In this document: positions 9,292-19,920 of the stretch, piece by piece
Position numbering within the stretch: the stretch's first letter is position 1
How the letters are laid out: each line of letters begins with the position of its first letter
NCBI GenBank assembly: GCA_938015295.1
Contig: CALLQB010000019.1
Location: 448-64,447, forward strand
Direction: 5' to 3'
Source: an uncultured Acidimicrobiales bacterium
GTDB taxonomy: Bacteria; Actinomycetota; Acidimicrobiia; Acidimicrobiales; SHLQ01
DNA: 64,000 bases
Program-made: the position numbers and the translations under genes
The notes under the pieces: model-generated
Told to the model about the DNA's origin: nothing
Databases searched by the model: none
Seen by the model: the letters and a program-made list of their open reading frames with translations, nothing else

Positions 9292-9899
9292 GGGTGAATC
9301 TTTCGAGAAAGGTGCGGGCTGTTCAAAACAACGTAGCGCCAGGCAAGATCAGCACCTTTGGAAAGGCCGATACGGGTCGTCGCCGTTGCGTCTGCGGGCG
9401 GCAAAACGCCATCGTCGACGATCCGCACGACCGCCGACCCTTGGGTGAGATCGAGCCCGTTCAGGTCGCCGTCGATGCCAAGAGCCGCGCAGAGCTTCGC
9501 AGGGCCGCTACAGAGGTCGACGTCGCGTTTCGCCCGCCCACGAGCCGCATACATGCCCGAAACGCCGCTAAGGGGCTCCAGCGCGCGCAAAAGGACTGCC
9601 GAGGCGCTCCCCGAGGGTTCGGTGACCACATTCGCGCACCAATGCATGCCGTAGCTGAAATACACATACAGAAAGCCCGGCGGGCCAAACATCAACTCGG
9701 TGCGGGGCGTTGGACCGCGAAACGCATGGCTACCCGGGTCATCGCTGCCGCCATAGGCCTCGACCTCAACAATGCGCCCCGACCCGTTTGGACCAACAAG
9801 AACCTTGTTGAGTAGATCTGGCGCAACCTCGTGGACACTACGGTCGAAAAACGACCGGTTCAGCGGAGTCGGTTCGGTCTCGGCGGGCTGTTGCTTCAA
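9288..9899 (-). CDS. mpg: DNA-3-methyladenine glycosylase (AAG/MPG family)
   Basis: GRIVEVEAY, YVYFSYGMHWCAN, VLLRALEP, GPAKLC, RIG. Confidence 0.93.
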   Translation of the reverse strand: MKQQPAETEPTPLNRSFFDRSVHEVAPDLLNKVLVGPNGSGRIVEVEAYGGSDDPGSHAFRGPTPRTELMFGPPGFLYVYFSYGMHWCANVVTEPSGSASAVLLRALEPLSGVSGMYAARGRAKRDVDLCSGPAKLCAALGIDGDLNGLDLTQGSAVVRIVDDGVLPPADATATTRIGLSKGADLAWRYVVLNSPHLSRKIHP

Positions 9900-11266
9900 G
9901 GCACCCGGGCGGCAAGGGCTTCGGCGAAACGTTGGCGCTGCGTAGCAACTGCTGCCGGGCCTGCTCCACCCGATGTAGTGCGGTTTTGTACGGGCACACC
10001 GGGACGCAATAGGGCTGCGGCATCAGGACCGAGCTCGGGGTGCTGAGCGACCAGCTCTTCGAGCGCTCCCTCCCCCGCCAAGGCCTCGCGAACAAGGCCG
10101 CCCACCACTGCGTGGCTATCGCGAAACGGCATCCCGCGTGCAACGAGGAATTCGGCCAGGTCGATCGCTGCGGCGTACGGCGAATCGGCCGACTTCTCCA
10201 TTGCCTCGTGGTTGAACACGATGGTGTCGATCATGCCATCGAGCGCCAACAGGGTCAGGCGCATCGTGTCGACCGAATCGAAGAGCGGCTCTTTGTCTTC
10301 CTGAAGATCCTTGTTGTAGGCCAGCGGCAGGTTCTTCATCGTCGCGAGCAAACCGGTGAGATTGCCAATAAGGCGGCCAGCCTTACCACGAGCGAGCTCG
10401 GCGACGTCGGGGTTCTTCTTCTGCGGAAGCATCGATGAACCGGTCGAAAACGCGTCATCGAGGCTCACGAAGCCGAATTCGGTACTCGACCACAACACAA
10501 ACTCCTCGCCGATTCGTGACAGGTGCACGCCAAGCAACGTCAGCGCAAACAGTGTCTCGGCAACAAAGTCGCGATCGCTCACCGCGTCAAGGCTGTTTTC
10601 GAACCGCGCTGCGAAGCCAAGGTTCTCGGCAACCAGGTCTGCATCGAGCGGCAGCGACGAGCCTGCGAGCGCTCCGGCGCCTAGCGGCGACACGTCGACC
10701 CGCACCCGTGCGTCGGCCAAACGATCGATGTCGCGAAGCAACGCCCAGCCATGCGCCAGCAGATGATGTGCCAACAACACCGGCTGCGCTTGCTGCAGGT
10801 GGGTATAGCCGGGCAGGTAGTGATCTCCCGCAGCATCGGCCTTCCGGCCCAGGGTCGACGCTAGGCGCACGACCAACTCACTGATCTCGTCGATGGCGGC
10901 CAGAGTCCATAGCCGCACATCGGTGGCGACCTGGTCGTTGCGACTGCGGCCGGTGTGCAACTTCGCGCCAGGCGGGCCGGCAATCTCGGTCACTCGGCGC
11001 TCGACCGCTGTGTGAATGTCTTCATCGCTCGGCACGAAGACAAACGATCCGTTGGCGAGCTCAGCCTCGACGGCATCGAGCGCGGCCAGCACCACCTCGA
11101 CCTCGTTCGACGAGAGCAGATCGACCGAACCCAACATCGCGACATGGGCACGCGAACCAGCGACGTCCTCGCGGAACATGCGCTGATCGAACGGCAGGCT
11201 GTCGTTGAGCTGTTGCAGCGCTTCGGCAGGCCCACCAGCGAACCGGCCGTGCCACAGAGTGCTCAT
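9896..11266 (-). CDS. argH: Argininosuccinate lyase
   Basis: [29 protein letters not shown]. Confidence 0.97.
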   Translation of the reverse strand: MSTLWHGRFAGGPAEALQQLNDSLPFDQRMFREDVAGSRAHVAMLGSVDLLSSNEVEVVLAALDAVEAELANGSFVFVPSDEDIHTAVERRVTEIAGPPGAKLHTGRSRNDQVATDVRLWTLAAIDEISELVVRLASTLGRKADAAGDHYLPGYTHLQQAQPVLLAHHLLAHGWALLRDIDRLADARVRVDVSPLGAGALAGSSLPLDADLVAENLGFAARFENSLDAVSDRDFVAETLFALTLLGVHLSRIGEEFVLWSSTEFGFVSLDDAFSTGSSMLPQKKNPDVAELARGKAGRLIGNLTGLLATMKNLPLAYNKDLQEDKEPLFDSVDTMRLTLLALDGMIDTIVFNHEAMEKSADSPYAAAIDLAEFLVARGMPFRDSHAVVGGLVREALAGEGALEELVAQHPELGPDAAALLRPGVPVQNRTTSGGAGPAAVATQRQRFAEALAARVP

Positions 11267-12501
11267 AGAGCGTCGATGCCGTGTTTCGCGGCCACGGTAC
11301 GCAGCCGCAACGCGTTGAGCCGAATGAAGCCCTCGGCGTCGGACTGGTCGTAGGCTCCGCCATCGTCTTCGAAGGTCACAATATTGGCGTCGTAGAGCGA
11401 ATCGTCACTCTTGCGACCAACGACGGTGATGTTGCCCTTGTAGAGCTTGAGGCGCACGACGCCATTTACCCGTTCTTGTGACTTGTCGACCATCGTCTGC
11501 AACATCTGACGCTCGGGACTGAACCAGAACCCGTTGTAGACAAGGCTTGCGTACTTGGGCATCAGTTCGTCTTTGAGGTGTGCGGTCTCGCGATCGAGGG
11601 TGATCGACTCGATCGCACGGTGTCCGCGCTGCAGAATTGTGCCGCCGGGTGTTTCGTAGCAACCACGGCTCTTCATACCGACAAAGCGGTTCTCGACAAG
11701 GTCGAGTCGGCCAATACCGTTCTCGCCGGCGATCTCGTTGAGTTTGGTCAATATCTGGCCGGGGGTCATCGCCTGTTCGTCGATCGCCACGACATCGCCA
11801 CGTGCGTATGTGAGCTCAAGATAGGTGGGCACATCGGGGGCCTCTTCGGGCGACACGCTGAGGCGCCACATATCTTTGCTCGGCTCGAACCACGGGTCTT
11901 CGAGCTCGCCGCCTTCGAAGGAGATATGCAGCAGGTTCGCGTCCATCGAGTACGGCGACTTTTGCCCCCGCTTGCCTTCGATCGGAATACCCCGCTCGTC
12001 GGCGTAATCAAGGAGGGTTTCGCGAGAGGTGAGGTCCCACTCGCGCCACGGTGCGATGACCTTGATGTCGGGGGCAAGCGCATAGGCACCGAGCTCGAAG
12101 CGAACCTGGTCGTTGCCCTTACCGGTCGCTCCGTGGCTGACGGCGTCGGCCCCCGTCTCACGGGCGATCTCGACCAGCCGTTTCGCGATGAGTGGCCGAG
12201 CGATCGAGGTGCCGAGCAGGTATTCGCCCTCATAGAGCGCGTTGGCTCGAAACATCGGGAACACGAAGTCGCGAACGAATTCCTCCTGAAGATCCTCGAT
12301 GTAGATCTCCGAGACGCCGAGCGCCTCGGCCTTCGTTCGTGCCGGTTCGACCTCTTCGCCCTGACCGATATCGGCGGTGAAGGTGACGACCTCACACTCG
12401 TAGGTCTCGCGGAGCCAGGTGAGAATCACCGAGGTGTCGAGCCCGCCGCTATAGGCGAGCACCACCTTGTTCACGCTGTCCTTCGTTGGGGTACCACTCA
12501 T
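11263..12501 (-). CDS. argG: Argininosuccinate synthase
   Basis: [42 protein letters not shown]; start at the ATG at 12501. Confidence 0.97.
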   Translation of the reverse strand: MSGTPTKDSVNKVVLAYSGGLDTSVILTWLRETYECEVVTFTADIGQGEEVEPARTKAEALGVSEIYIEDLQEEFVRDFVFPMFRANALYEGEYLLGTSIARPLIAKRLVEIARETGADAVSHGATGKGNDQVRFELGAYALAPDIKVIAPWREWDLTSRETLLDYADERGIPIEGKRGQKSPYSMDANLLHISFEGGELEDPWFEPSKDMWRLSVSPEEAPDVPTYLELTYARGDVVAIDEQAMTPGQILTKLNEIAGENGIGRLDLVENRFVGMKSRGCYETPGGTILQRGHRAIESITLDRETAHLKDELMPKYASLVYNGFWFSPERQMLQTMVDKSQERVNGVVRLKLYKGNITVVGRKSDDSLYDANIVTFEDDGGAYDQSDAEGFIRLNALRLRTVAAKHGIDAL

Positions 12502-12568
12502 CGTTGTGCTTCGTTTCTGGTTGCTTGGGGTAGATGTTGTGAGAACTAGGTCAATTTGCCGCTGATTC

Positions 12569-13030
12569 TTACAGATCAGCGAGTTCGGCGAGCTGCTCGG
12601 CGAGGGCCTTTCCGCCCACGTCCTCGGTCGCGACGACCAGCATTGTGTCGTCGCCGGCAACCGTACCGAGGATGCCCGAGTGGCCCGACCGGTCGATCGC
12701 CGAAGCGACTACGTGCGCCGAACCGGGCGGCGTCCGGAGCACGACGATGTTGCCCGAGTTGGCGACCTCGACGACCCACTCGCCGAGGACCCGCCGAAGA
12801 TGGTCGGTTGGGGCGATCTGTTCGGTGGGCAATTCGGGTATTGCGTACACCGTTTCGCCGCCTGGCACCCGCACCTTGATAGCACCAAGCTCTTCGAGAT
12901 CTCGGCTCACCGTTGCCTGTGTGGCCTTCAACCCATCGGCCGCCAGCAGTTCGACCAGCTGGGCCTGTGAGGTCACCGCCTTCTCGGCGAGCATGTTCGC
13001 AACCCGATGTTGCCGGGCAGCTTTTTGCAT
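12569..13030 (-). CDS. argR: Arginine repressor
   Basis: [25 protein letters not shown]; ATG overlaps the argF stop (TGATG). Confidence 0.95.
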   Translation of the reverse strand: MQKAARQHRVANMLAEKAVTSQAQLVELLAADGLKATQATVSRDLEELGAIKVRVPGGETVYAIPELPTEQIAPTDHLRRVLGEWVVEVANSGNIVVLRTPPGSAHVVASAIDRSGHSGILGTVAGDDTMLVVATEDVGGKALAEQLAELADL

Positions 13031-13923
13031 CAGCTGTTCTCCTGCATCAGCCACGCCAGCAGACCACGAGCGGCGTGCATCCGGTTTTCGGCCTGCAACC
13101 AAACGTGGCTGGCCGCGCCGTCGACGACCTCGTCGGTCACCTCTTCGCCGCGGTGGGCTGGAAGGCAGTGCAGAAAGGCGACGTCGGGCGCTGCATGCGA
13201 AAGCAGATCAGCGGTAACGGCAAAGCCTTCAAAGTCTCGCAGGCGCTGCTCGGTTTCGGCTTCTTGGCCCATCGATGTCCAGACGTCGGCATAGATCACG
13301 TCGGCCCCCTCGACCGCAGCCTCTGGTCGATCGGTCACCACGAGGTCAAGGCCGGTTGCGGCGATGCGGTCGAGGTCGACCTGATCGAACTGGTACCCGG
13401 GAGGAGCGCCGACCCGCATAGTCATGCCCGCCATTCCTGCCGCAAGAGCAAGCGACCGGGTGACGTTGTTGGCGTCGCCCACATAGGCGATGGTGCGCCC
13501 GGCGAGCGAACCAAAGACGGTTTCGATCGTGAGTAGATCGGCAAGCGCCTGCAGCGGATGCGCTTGGTCAGACAACATATTGACGACTGGCACGATGTCA
13601 ACCGCTGCCATTCGTTCGACGGTCGAATGGGCGAAGACTCTGGCGCCGATCGCCGCGTGATAGCAAGCAAGCGTGCGGGTGACGTCCTCGACAGATTCGC
13701 GGGTATCCATACCGACTTCTGAGCCTTGGATATACATCGGATGGCCACCAAGCTGCACAACCGCCATCTCCATCGAGTTGCGGGTGCGAGCGGACGGCTT
13801 TTCAAAAACCAGCCCCATGCCGAGACCTTCGAGCACACGCGGCGCGGCACTGGGTGCCGACAGCTTGAGCACCGCCGCCATTTCCTCAGCCGACAGGTCG
13901 TCGATTTCAAGAAGGTGTCTCAT
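13030..13923 (-). CDS. argF: Ornithine carbamoyltransferase
   Basis: [28 protein letters not shown]. Confidence 0.95.
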   Translation of the reverse strand: MRHLLEIDDLSAEEMAAVLKLSAPSAAPRVLEGLGMGLVFEKPSARTRNSMEMAVVQLGGHPMYIQGSEVGMDTRESVEDVTRTLACYHAAIGARVFAHSTVERMAAVDIVPVVNMLSDQAHPLQALADLLTIETVFGSLAGRTIAYVGDANNVTRSLALAAGMAGMTMRVGAPPGYQFDQVDLDRIAATGLDLVVTDRPEAAVEGADVIYADVWTSMGQEAETEQRLRDFEGFAVTADLLSHAAPDVAFLHCLPAHRGEEVTDEVVDGAASHVWLQAENRMHAARGLLAWLMQENS

Positions 13924-15116
13924 GAAGCGTCCTGCAGTTTCTGAAGCAGCGCACCCACGATGGCCACACCCTCGTCGAGATGGTCGTCGGAGAGCGTGAG
14001 CGGCGGTGCGAACCTGATTGCGGTATCGCTCAACGCATTCACGATGAGTCCGTTCTCAAAGCACTGCCGCCCGATGTCTTTCGCTCCGGGACGATCGAGT
14101 TCGATCGCCAGCAGCATGCCGAGCCCTCGCACCGACGCAACGCACGGAAGCGCTGCCAGCTTGTCGCGCAACGCCTGCCCCGTTTGCGTTGCTAGGGCCG
14201 GTGCATCGATGTCGCGCATGACCCCGATGGTTGCGCGAGCTGCGGCTGTCGCCAACGGTTGGCCGGCAAAGGTGCTGCCGTGGTCACCTCCGGTGAAGCT
14301 GCTAGAAACCTCACGCCTAGCCCAAACGGCACCGATCGGCATGCCGTTGCCTAGGGCCTTCGCCATCGTGACGATGTCGGGTTGTATATCGAAGTGTTGG
14401 AACCCGAACCACTCGCCGGTGCGGCCGAAACCAGTCTGAATCTCGTCGAGGATGAGGGTGATGTTGTGTTCGTCGCACAACGCCCTGATGCCCTGAAAGA
14501 ACTCAACGGTCGCCTGGTTCACGCCGCCCTCGCCTTGCAGTGGCTCAAGCAAAATTGTGCCGACCTCGGGAGTGATGGCCTTCTCGAACTCTGCCAGATC
14601 GTTCCAGGTGGCGTGGACAAATCCTTCCGGAAGCGGTTGGAAGGGTTCATGTTTCTCGGGCTGTCCGGTGGCTGCCAGTGTCGCCAGGGTGCGACCATGA
14701 AAGCTGCGAAACGCACTGAGAACCTTGTGCCGGCCGCGGCCTTGATATTTGCGGGCCAGCTTGATGGCTGCCTCGTTGGCTTCGGCGCCGCTGTTCTGGA
14801 AGAGCACCTGCCCATCGGGTCCGCCAACCAGCTCGTTTATGGCGAGTGCAACCGGCGCCTGATGTTCGGTGGCGTACAGGTTGGAGGTGTGCACCAAGGT
14901 GCCGGCCTGTTCGACGATCGCTGCAGTTACCACCGGGTGTGCGTGCCCCAGCGACACGACCGCAAGGCCGGTGAGAAAGTCGAGGTACCTCGTACCGTTG
15001 GAGTCCCACAGCTCGGTACCTTCGCCACGAACAAACATCGCGGGCGGCGGACCGTAGCTCGGGAGTATCGGGCAGTACGCAAGCGTGCTACCCATTGCTT
15101 CGCTATGGGTGGTCAT
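13920..15116 (-). CDS. argD: Acetylornithine aminotransferase
   Basis: [31 protein letters not shown] (PLP lysine). Confidence 0.95.
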   Translation of the reverse strand: MTTHSEAMGSTLAYCPILPSYGPPPAMFVRGEGTELWDSNGTRYLDFLTGLAVVSLGHAHPVVTAAIVEQAGTLVHTSNLYATEHQAPVALAINELVGGPDGQVLFQNSGAEANEAAIKLARKYQGRGRHKVLSAFRSFHGRTLATLAATGQPEKHEPFQPLPEGFVHATWNDLAEFEKAITPEVGTILLEPLQGEGGVNQATVEFFQGIRALCDEHNITLILDEIQTGFGRTGEWFGFQHFDIQPDIVTMAKALGNGMPIGAVWARREVSSSFTGGDHGSTFAGQPLATAAARATIGVMRDIDAPALATQTGQALRDKLAALPCVASVRGLGMLLAIELDRPGAKDIGRQCFENGLIVNALSDTAIRFAPPLTLSDDHLDEGVAIVGALLQKLQDAS

Positions 15117-16030
15117 GGGGAATCTTCCGAATCGGGTGAGGGCTGCGGCAAGATCATCGTGCCGATGCCAGCGTTGGTGAACAGTTCGAGCAACAGAACG
15201 TGCGGCACTCGGCCGTCGAGCATGTGTGCACTCTTGGCGCCTGCAGTGACGGCGTCGATGCAGGCCCGGACTTTGGGAATCATGCCGCCGGCGACCGTAC
15301 CGTCGGCGATGAGCGCCTCGAGTTCGGGCACGGTGGTGCGAGCAACGATGCTTGCCGGGTCGGCGATATCGGTGAGCAGCCCGGGCACATCGGTGAGGTA
15401 CACAACCTTCTCAGCATGCAGCGCCCCGGCAAGCGCTCCGGCGACCGTGTCGGCGTTGATGTTGTAGGCCTGGCCGCTTTCGTCAGAGCCGATAGTCGAG
15501 ACGACCGGAATCATGTCTTCGGCCAAAAGCCGCTCGATGATGTTGGGGCGCACCTCAACCACGTCGCCAACGAAGCCGAGAGCGGCGTCGCGGGCCTTGG
15601 CCAGAATCAGTCCGCCGTCCTCGCCAGAAAGACCCACGGCGTAGGCGCCGTGCACGTTGATCGAGCCCACGATGTCGCGGCCCACCTTGCCCACAAGCAC
15701 CATTCGCGCCACATCGAGGGTCTCTGCGTCGGTCACTCGAAGACCGTCTCGAAACTCACTTTCTTTGCCAAGTTTGGTGAGCAGTTCGCCAATTTGCGGA
15801 CCGCCGCCATGCACCACGACTGGTTTGAGGCCAACCGACCGAAGCAACACGATGTCTTCGGCGAAGGTGGTGGAGAGCTGCGCGTCGACCATGGCGTTGC
15901 CGCCGAACTTGATGACGACAATCGCACCACGAAACTGCTGGATGTAGGGCAGCGCTTCGATGAGCGCTTCGGCTCGGCGTGCAGGCTCGAAACCGCGGTT
16001 CTGCGTCGCTGCGTCGATGGTTTCGGTCAT
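15113..16030 (-). CDS. argB: Acetylglutamate kinase
   Basis: EALPYI, KFGGNAM, VHGGGPQI, NINAD, GGMIPK; ATG at 16030 overlaps the argC stop. Confidence 0.96.
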   Translation of the reverse strand: MTETIDAATQNRGFEPARRAEALIEALPYIQQFRGAIVVIKFGGNAMVDAQLSTTFAEDIVLLRSVGLKPVVVHGGGPQIGELLTKLGKESEFRDGLRVTDAETLDVARMVLVGKVGRDIVGSINVHGAYAVGLSGEDGGLILAKARDAALGFVGDVVEVRPNIIERLLAEDMIPVVSTIGSDESGQAYNINADTVAGALAGALHAEKVVYLTDVPGLLTDIADPASIVARTTVPELEALIADGTVAGGMIPKVRACIDAVTAGAKSAHMLDGRVPHVLLLELFTNAGIGTMILPQPSPDSEDSP

Positions 16031-17070
16031 GGGAACACTCCAGCTGCTTGCAGTCCCAGGGTCTCGTCGAGGCCAAGCGCAAGGTTTGCACACTGCACGG
16101 CCTGTCCTGATGCCCCTTTGGTGAGGTTGTCGAGCGCGGCGATCGCCACGACCCAACCGGTGCGGGGATCGACCCGAGCGGTGAGATGTGCACTGTTGGA
16201 GCCGAGGGTCGCCTTGGTTGAGGGCGATCGCTCGTTCACGACCACAAACGGTTCGTCTGCGTACGCTGAGCTCAGGAGGTCGAGCACCTCTTGGGTCGAG
16301 GTGTCGCCGGTCGGCCGTGCATAACACGTTGCGAGAATGCCTCGGTTCATCGGCGCGAGGTGCGGCGTGAACAGTACCTGCACGTCGGTGCCTGCATGTT
16401 TGGCCACCGCCATCTCGATTTCGGGTGTGTGCCTGTGGTTGAGCAGCCCGTAGGCGGTGAAGTTTTCGTCGACCGCACAAAACGTGGTGTTGTCCTTGGG
16501 TGGACGACCGGCGCCCGAGACACCGCTTGCCGCGTCGACGATAATCCCCGTTGGCTCAACGATGCCGGCCTTGACAAGCGGCGCCAGAGCCAGCGTTGAG
16601 GTGGTGACGTAGCAGCCAGGCGCAGCGATGAGCGGCGCCCCGTGAAGTTCGTCGCGGAACAGTTCGGGGAGTCCGTACACAAACTCGCTCAACAGCTCAG
16701 GCGACGTATGGGGTTCGCCGTACCAGGTTGGATACAACGAAGCATCTGCAAGCCGGTAGTCGGCAGCAAGGTCGACGATATGGTCCACGTTGCCCACCAA
16801 TTTGGGGACCAGTTCTTGCGAAGCGCCGTGCGGTAAACCCAAGAACACCAAGTCGGCAGCACTGAACGTGTCTGCGAGGTCACCGTCGTTGTCACCAAAC
16901 TGCAGATCGCCGTACGCCGCTGCGAGGCTGGGGTAGAGATCGGCCACTGCGGTGCCAGCTTGGCTGTGCGCGGTTGCGGCCACAAGCTCAAACTCAGGGT
17001 GCGCTGCCACCAAGCGTAGAAGTTCGGCACCGGTAAAGCCCGATGCACCAAGTATCCCGACACGTTTCAT
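16027..17070 (-). CDS. argC: N-acetyl-gamma-glutamyl-phosphate reductase
   Basis: GASGFTG, PGCY, SGVSGAG, HRHTPEI, DNLTKGASGQA. Confidence 0.96.
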   Translation of the reverse strand: MKRVGILGASGFTGAELLRLVAAHPEFELVAATAHSQAGTAVADLYPSLAAAYGDLQFGDNDGDLADTFSAADLVFLGLPHGASQELVPKLVGNVDHIVDLAADYRLADASLYPTWYGEPHTSPELLSEFVYGLPELFRDELHGAPLIAAPGCYVTTSTLALAPLVKAGIVEPTGIIVDAASGVSGAGRPPKDNTTFCAVDENFTAYGLLNHRHTPEIEMAVAKHAGTDVQVLFTPHLAPMNRGILATCYARPTGDTSTQEVLDLLSSAYADEPFVVVNERSPSTKATLGSNSAHLTARVDPRTGWVVAIAALDNLTKGASGQAVQCANLALGLDETLGLQAAGVFP

Positions 17071-17076
17071 TGGGAA

Positions 17077-17108
17077 AGAATACGACCAGTCGCATATTTA
17101 TGCAAACT
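17077..17108 (-). promoter_or_regulatory. arg operon promoter TTGCAT-N17-TATTCT overlapped by an ARG box (AGTTTGCATAAATATGCGACT)
   Basis: Near-palindromic AT-rich site at 17088-17108 matching the ArgR consensus; the -10 element is 6 nt before the argC ATG (leaderless). Confidence 0.85.
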
Positions 17109-17139
17109 CCGAGCGGAGAAGATTACTGACCGACGGCCG

Positions 17140-18108
17140 TTACACGCCGACGACAACCTTGCCATAGGTCTTGCGGTCGGCCAGATCCTGCAATGCCTGC
17201 GCTGCTCCGTCGAAATCTACCGTCGGGTACAGCAACGGATCGACCTCACCGGTCGCCGCCAACTCAAGCACCGAGGCCATCTGACGAGCGAAAGACTTCG
17301 CATCGCGACCAAGAGAAGCACCCCAATGCACGCCGACCAACGAATAGTTCTTCAGCAAAATGTGGTTTGCAGGCGCATCCTGGATGCCGTCGAGAAATCC
17401 AATGATCAGGTAGCGGCCATCCCAGCCCATCGTTCGACGAGCCTGCTGAAACACTCCCCCGCCCACCGGGTCGTAACACACATCTATGCCACCGGGAGCA
17501 GCCTCGCGCACAGCGTCGACAAACTCGGGGGTCTGGTGATGATCGATCACAACATCGGCGCCGAGGTCGCGGCAGGCCTGTGTTTTCACGTCGCCGCCAG
17601 CAATTGCAACCACCGTCGCACCCGCGGCTTTCGCCAGCTGAATGGCAGCCGAACCGGTACCACCCGCGGCTCCGGTGACAAGCACCGTCTCACCAGACTG
17701 GAGCTGACCACGTTCGTGCAGAGCAAACCACGTGGTGCCGTAGTTCACCGGCAACGCCGCCGCTTTCGACGCGTCGACACCATCTGGAACCACAACCGAC
17801 ATTGCGGCTGGCACCACCACCTGCTCGGCAAGACCGCCGCCAAGGCTCAGCACCTGTTGCCCCACAGCAAAACCGTCAACGCCTTCGCCGACTGCGGCGA
17901 TTACACCAACGGTTTCGCCGCCCGGAGTAAAGGGCAGCGGCGGTTTGACCTGATACATGCCACGACACTGCAAAACGTCGGGGAACGACAGGCCAACAGC
18001 GGTGGTGTCGAGCAGCAGCTGGCCGGGCCCAGCGGTAGGCGCGTCAACATCGTTGATCGCAAGATTGGTGCTGGGCTCGCCCAGTTCGGAGATTTGCCAA
18101 GCTTTCAT
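17140..18108 (-). CDS. NADPH:quinone oxidoreductase (MDR family)
   Basis: YQVKPPLPFTPG, GAAGGTG, GKVVV. Confidence 0.9.
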   Translation of the reverse strand: MKAWQISELGEPSTNLAINDVDAPTAGPGQLLLDTTAVGLSFPDVLQCRGMYQVKPPLPFTPGGETVGVIAAVGEGVDGFAVGQQVLSLGGGLAEQVVVPAAMSVVVPDGVDASKAAALPVNYGTTWFALHERGQLQSGETVLVTGAAGGTGSAAIQLAKAAGATVVAIAGGDVKTQACRDLGADVVIDHHQTPEFVDAVREAAPGGIDVCYDPVGGGVFQQARRTMGWDGRYLIIGFLDGIQDAPANHILLKNYSLVGVHWGASLGRDAKSFARQMASVLELAATGEVDPLLYPTVDFDGAAQALQDLADRKTYGKVVVGV

Positions 18109-19886
18109 GAAAAGTCCTCTTCCTCGGGCAGAACCTGCAAGCCGAGTTCGGTGAGATGGCTGGTATCGATCGGTGTCGGGGCCTTCGTCAGCGGATCGGC
18201 CCCCGACTGTGTCTTCGGGAAGGCAATAACTTCGCGGATGTTTTCTTCGCCGGCAAGAAGAGCGGTAACGCGGTCGATACCGAAGGCGAAACCCGCATGT
18301 GGCGGTGCACCGTACTTGAACGCATCGAGCAAGAACCCAAACTTGAGCTGTGCTTCCTCCGCACCAATGCCAAGAATGTCGAAGATCCGGCTCTGGACGT
18401 CGCTGCGATGGATTCGAACACTGCCCGAACCAAGCTCCCAGCCGTTCAGCACGAGGTCATAGGCCTGCGAGCGAACGTCGAGTAGCGCTTCGCCCTCGGC
18501 GGTTTCAAGCACTTCGATATCGTCGGGATGCGGCATCGTAAACGGATGGTGGGCCGGCACCGGCTTGCCGTCATCGTTGATGTCTTCGAACAGTGGGAAG
18601 TCGACCACCCAGAGGTAGTTGAAACCGCCTTCGGTAACCGGTGGCCGACCGAGTTCGATGCGAAGCAGGCCAAGAAGGTGTTGCGTGCGACGCTTGCGAT
18701 CAGCGACCAGAAACAACACGTCGCCCTCTTCGGCTTCGAGCCGCTCGGCAATACCGGCAAGTTCGGCTTCAGAGCAGAACTTGGCAACCGGAGAGTTCAG
18801 CGTGAGGCCACCTTGCTCGCCTTCAGCGGCCTCGACCTTCATCCAGACCAGCCCCTTGCCGCCCCAACGCTTCACCATGTCGGTGAGGTCGTCGAGCTTG
18901 CTGCGCGAGAACTCGGCGCCACCGGGCATTCGAATGCCCATAACTCGGTCGGCCTTAAAGGCGTTAAATTCGGTCTCGGCGAACAGATCGGTCAGGTTGA
19001 CCAGCTCCATGCCGAAGCGAGTGTCGGGTTTGTCACTGCCAAAGCGCTCCATGGCGTCGTCCCACGTTATTCGTGGAATTTCGGTGGGGCGTTCGCCGGT
19101 CACGGCCTCGGTAGCACCAGCGATTGCGTGGCTGATGAACCCAAACACGTCCTCTTGGGTGACGAAGCTTGCCTCCATGTCGAGCTGCATGAACTCGAAC
19201 TGACGATCGGCGCGGAGATCTTCGTCGCGCATGCAGCGGGCGATCTGGTAGTAGCGGTCGATCCCACCGACCATGCAGAGCTGCTTGAAGATCTGAGGAC
19301 TCTGAGGAAGCGCGTAGAAGTTGCCTGGCTTCTGTCGAGACGGCACCACGAAGTCGCGTGCCCCTTCAGGCGTGGAAGCAATAAGCATCGGGGTTTCGAC
19401 CTCGACAAAGCCTTGCTCTTCCATGGCACTCCGGATCGCCGAGTTCACCACGGCTCGGGTGCGCAAGTTCTTCTGCATCCGCTTCTTACGAAGATCGACG
19501 TACCGGTGACGCAACCGGATGGTCTCGTCGACATCGGTGCGCTCGTCCATTGGAAACGGCGGAGCCTCAGCGGTGCTGAGCACCTCGACCGTGCAGTCGC
19601 GAATCTCGATCTCGCCCGTAGGCAGGTTGGCGTTTGCTGTGCCATCGAGACGGGCAGCGACCGTGCCGGTTATCCGTGCCACATACTCCGAGCGCAGATC
19701 ATGGTTGCCGTCGACCACAACCTGGACAATGCCTGCATAGTCGCGGAGATCGATAAACGCGAGGTGCTGGCTGTGCTCGCGACGGCCGTCGACCCAGCCA
19801 CACACGGTGACCGTTTCGCCAGCATGCTCGAGCCGGATGTCGCCGCACCGGTGGGTGCGCATGGATGTAGCTTGTACGTCGCTCAC
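18105..19886 (-). CDS. aspS: Aspartate--tRNA ligase, probably non-discriminating Asp/Asn type
   Basis: FIDLRD, TPEGARDF, LPQSPQ, RDEDLRADRQ, GAPPHAG; His in RREH and Gly in DGTAN match ND-AspRS positions. Confidence 0.97.
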   Translation of the reverse strand: MSDVQATSMRTHRCGDIRLEHAGETVTVCGWVDGRREHSQHLAFIDLRDYAGIVQVVVDGNHDLRSEYVARITGTVAARLDGTANANLPTGEIEIRDCTVEVLSTAEAPPFPMDERTDVDETIRLRHRYVDLRKKRMQKNLRTRAVVNSAIRSAMEEQGFVEVETPMLIASTPEGARDFVVPSRQKPGNFYALPQSPQIFKQLCMVGGIDRYYQIARCMRDEDLRADRQFEFMQLDMEASFVTQEDVFGFISHAIAGATEAVTGERPTEIPRITWDDAMERFGSDKPDTRFGMELVNLTDLFAETEFNAFKADRVMGIRMPGGAEFSRSKLDDLTDMVKRWGGKGLVWMKVEAAEGEQGGLTLNSPVAKFCSEAELAGIAERLEAEEGDVLFLVADRKRRTQHLLGLLRIELGRPPVTEGGFNYLWVVDFPLFEDINDDGKPVPAHHPFTMPHPDDIEVLETAEGEALLDVRSQAYDLVLNGWELGSGSVRIHRSDVQSRIFDILGIGAEEAQLKFGFLLDAFKYGAPPHAGFAFGIDRVTALLAGEENIREVIAFPKTQSGADPLTKAPTPIDTSHLTELGLQVLPEEEDFS

Positions 19887-19920
19887 GAGAAGCGCCTTTC
19901 AGGTAACAATTTCAGGTGTT

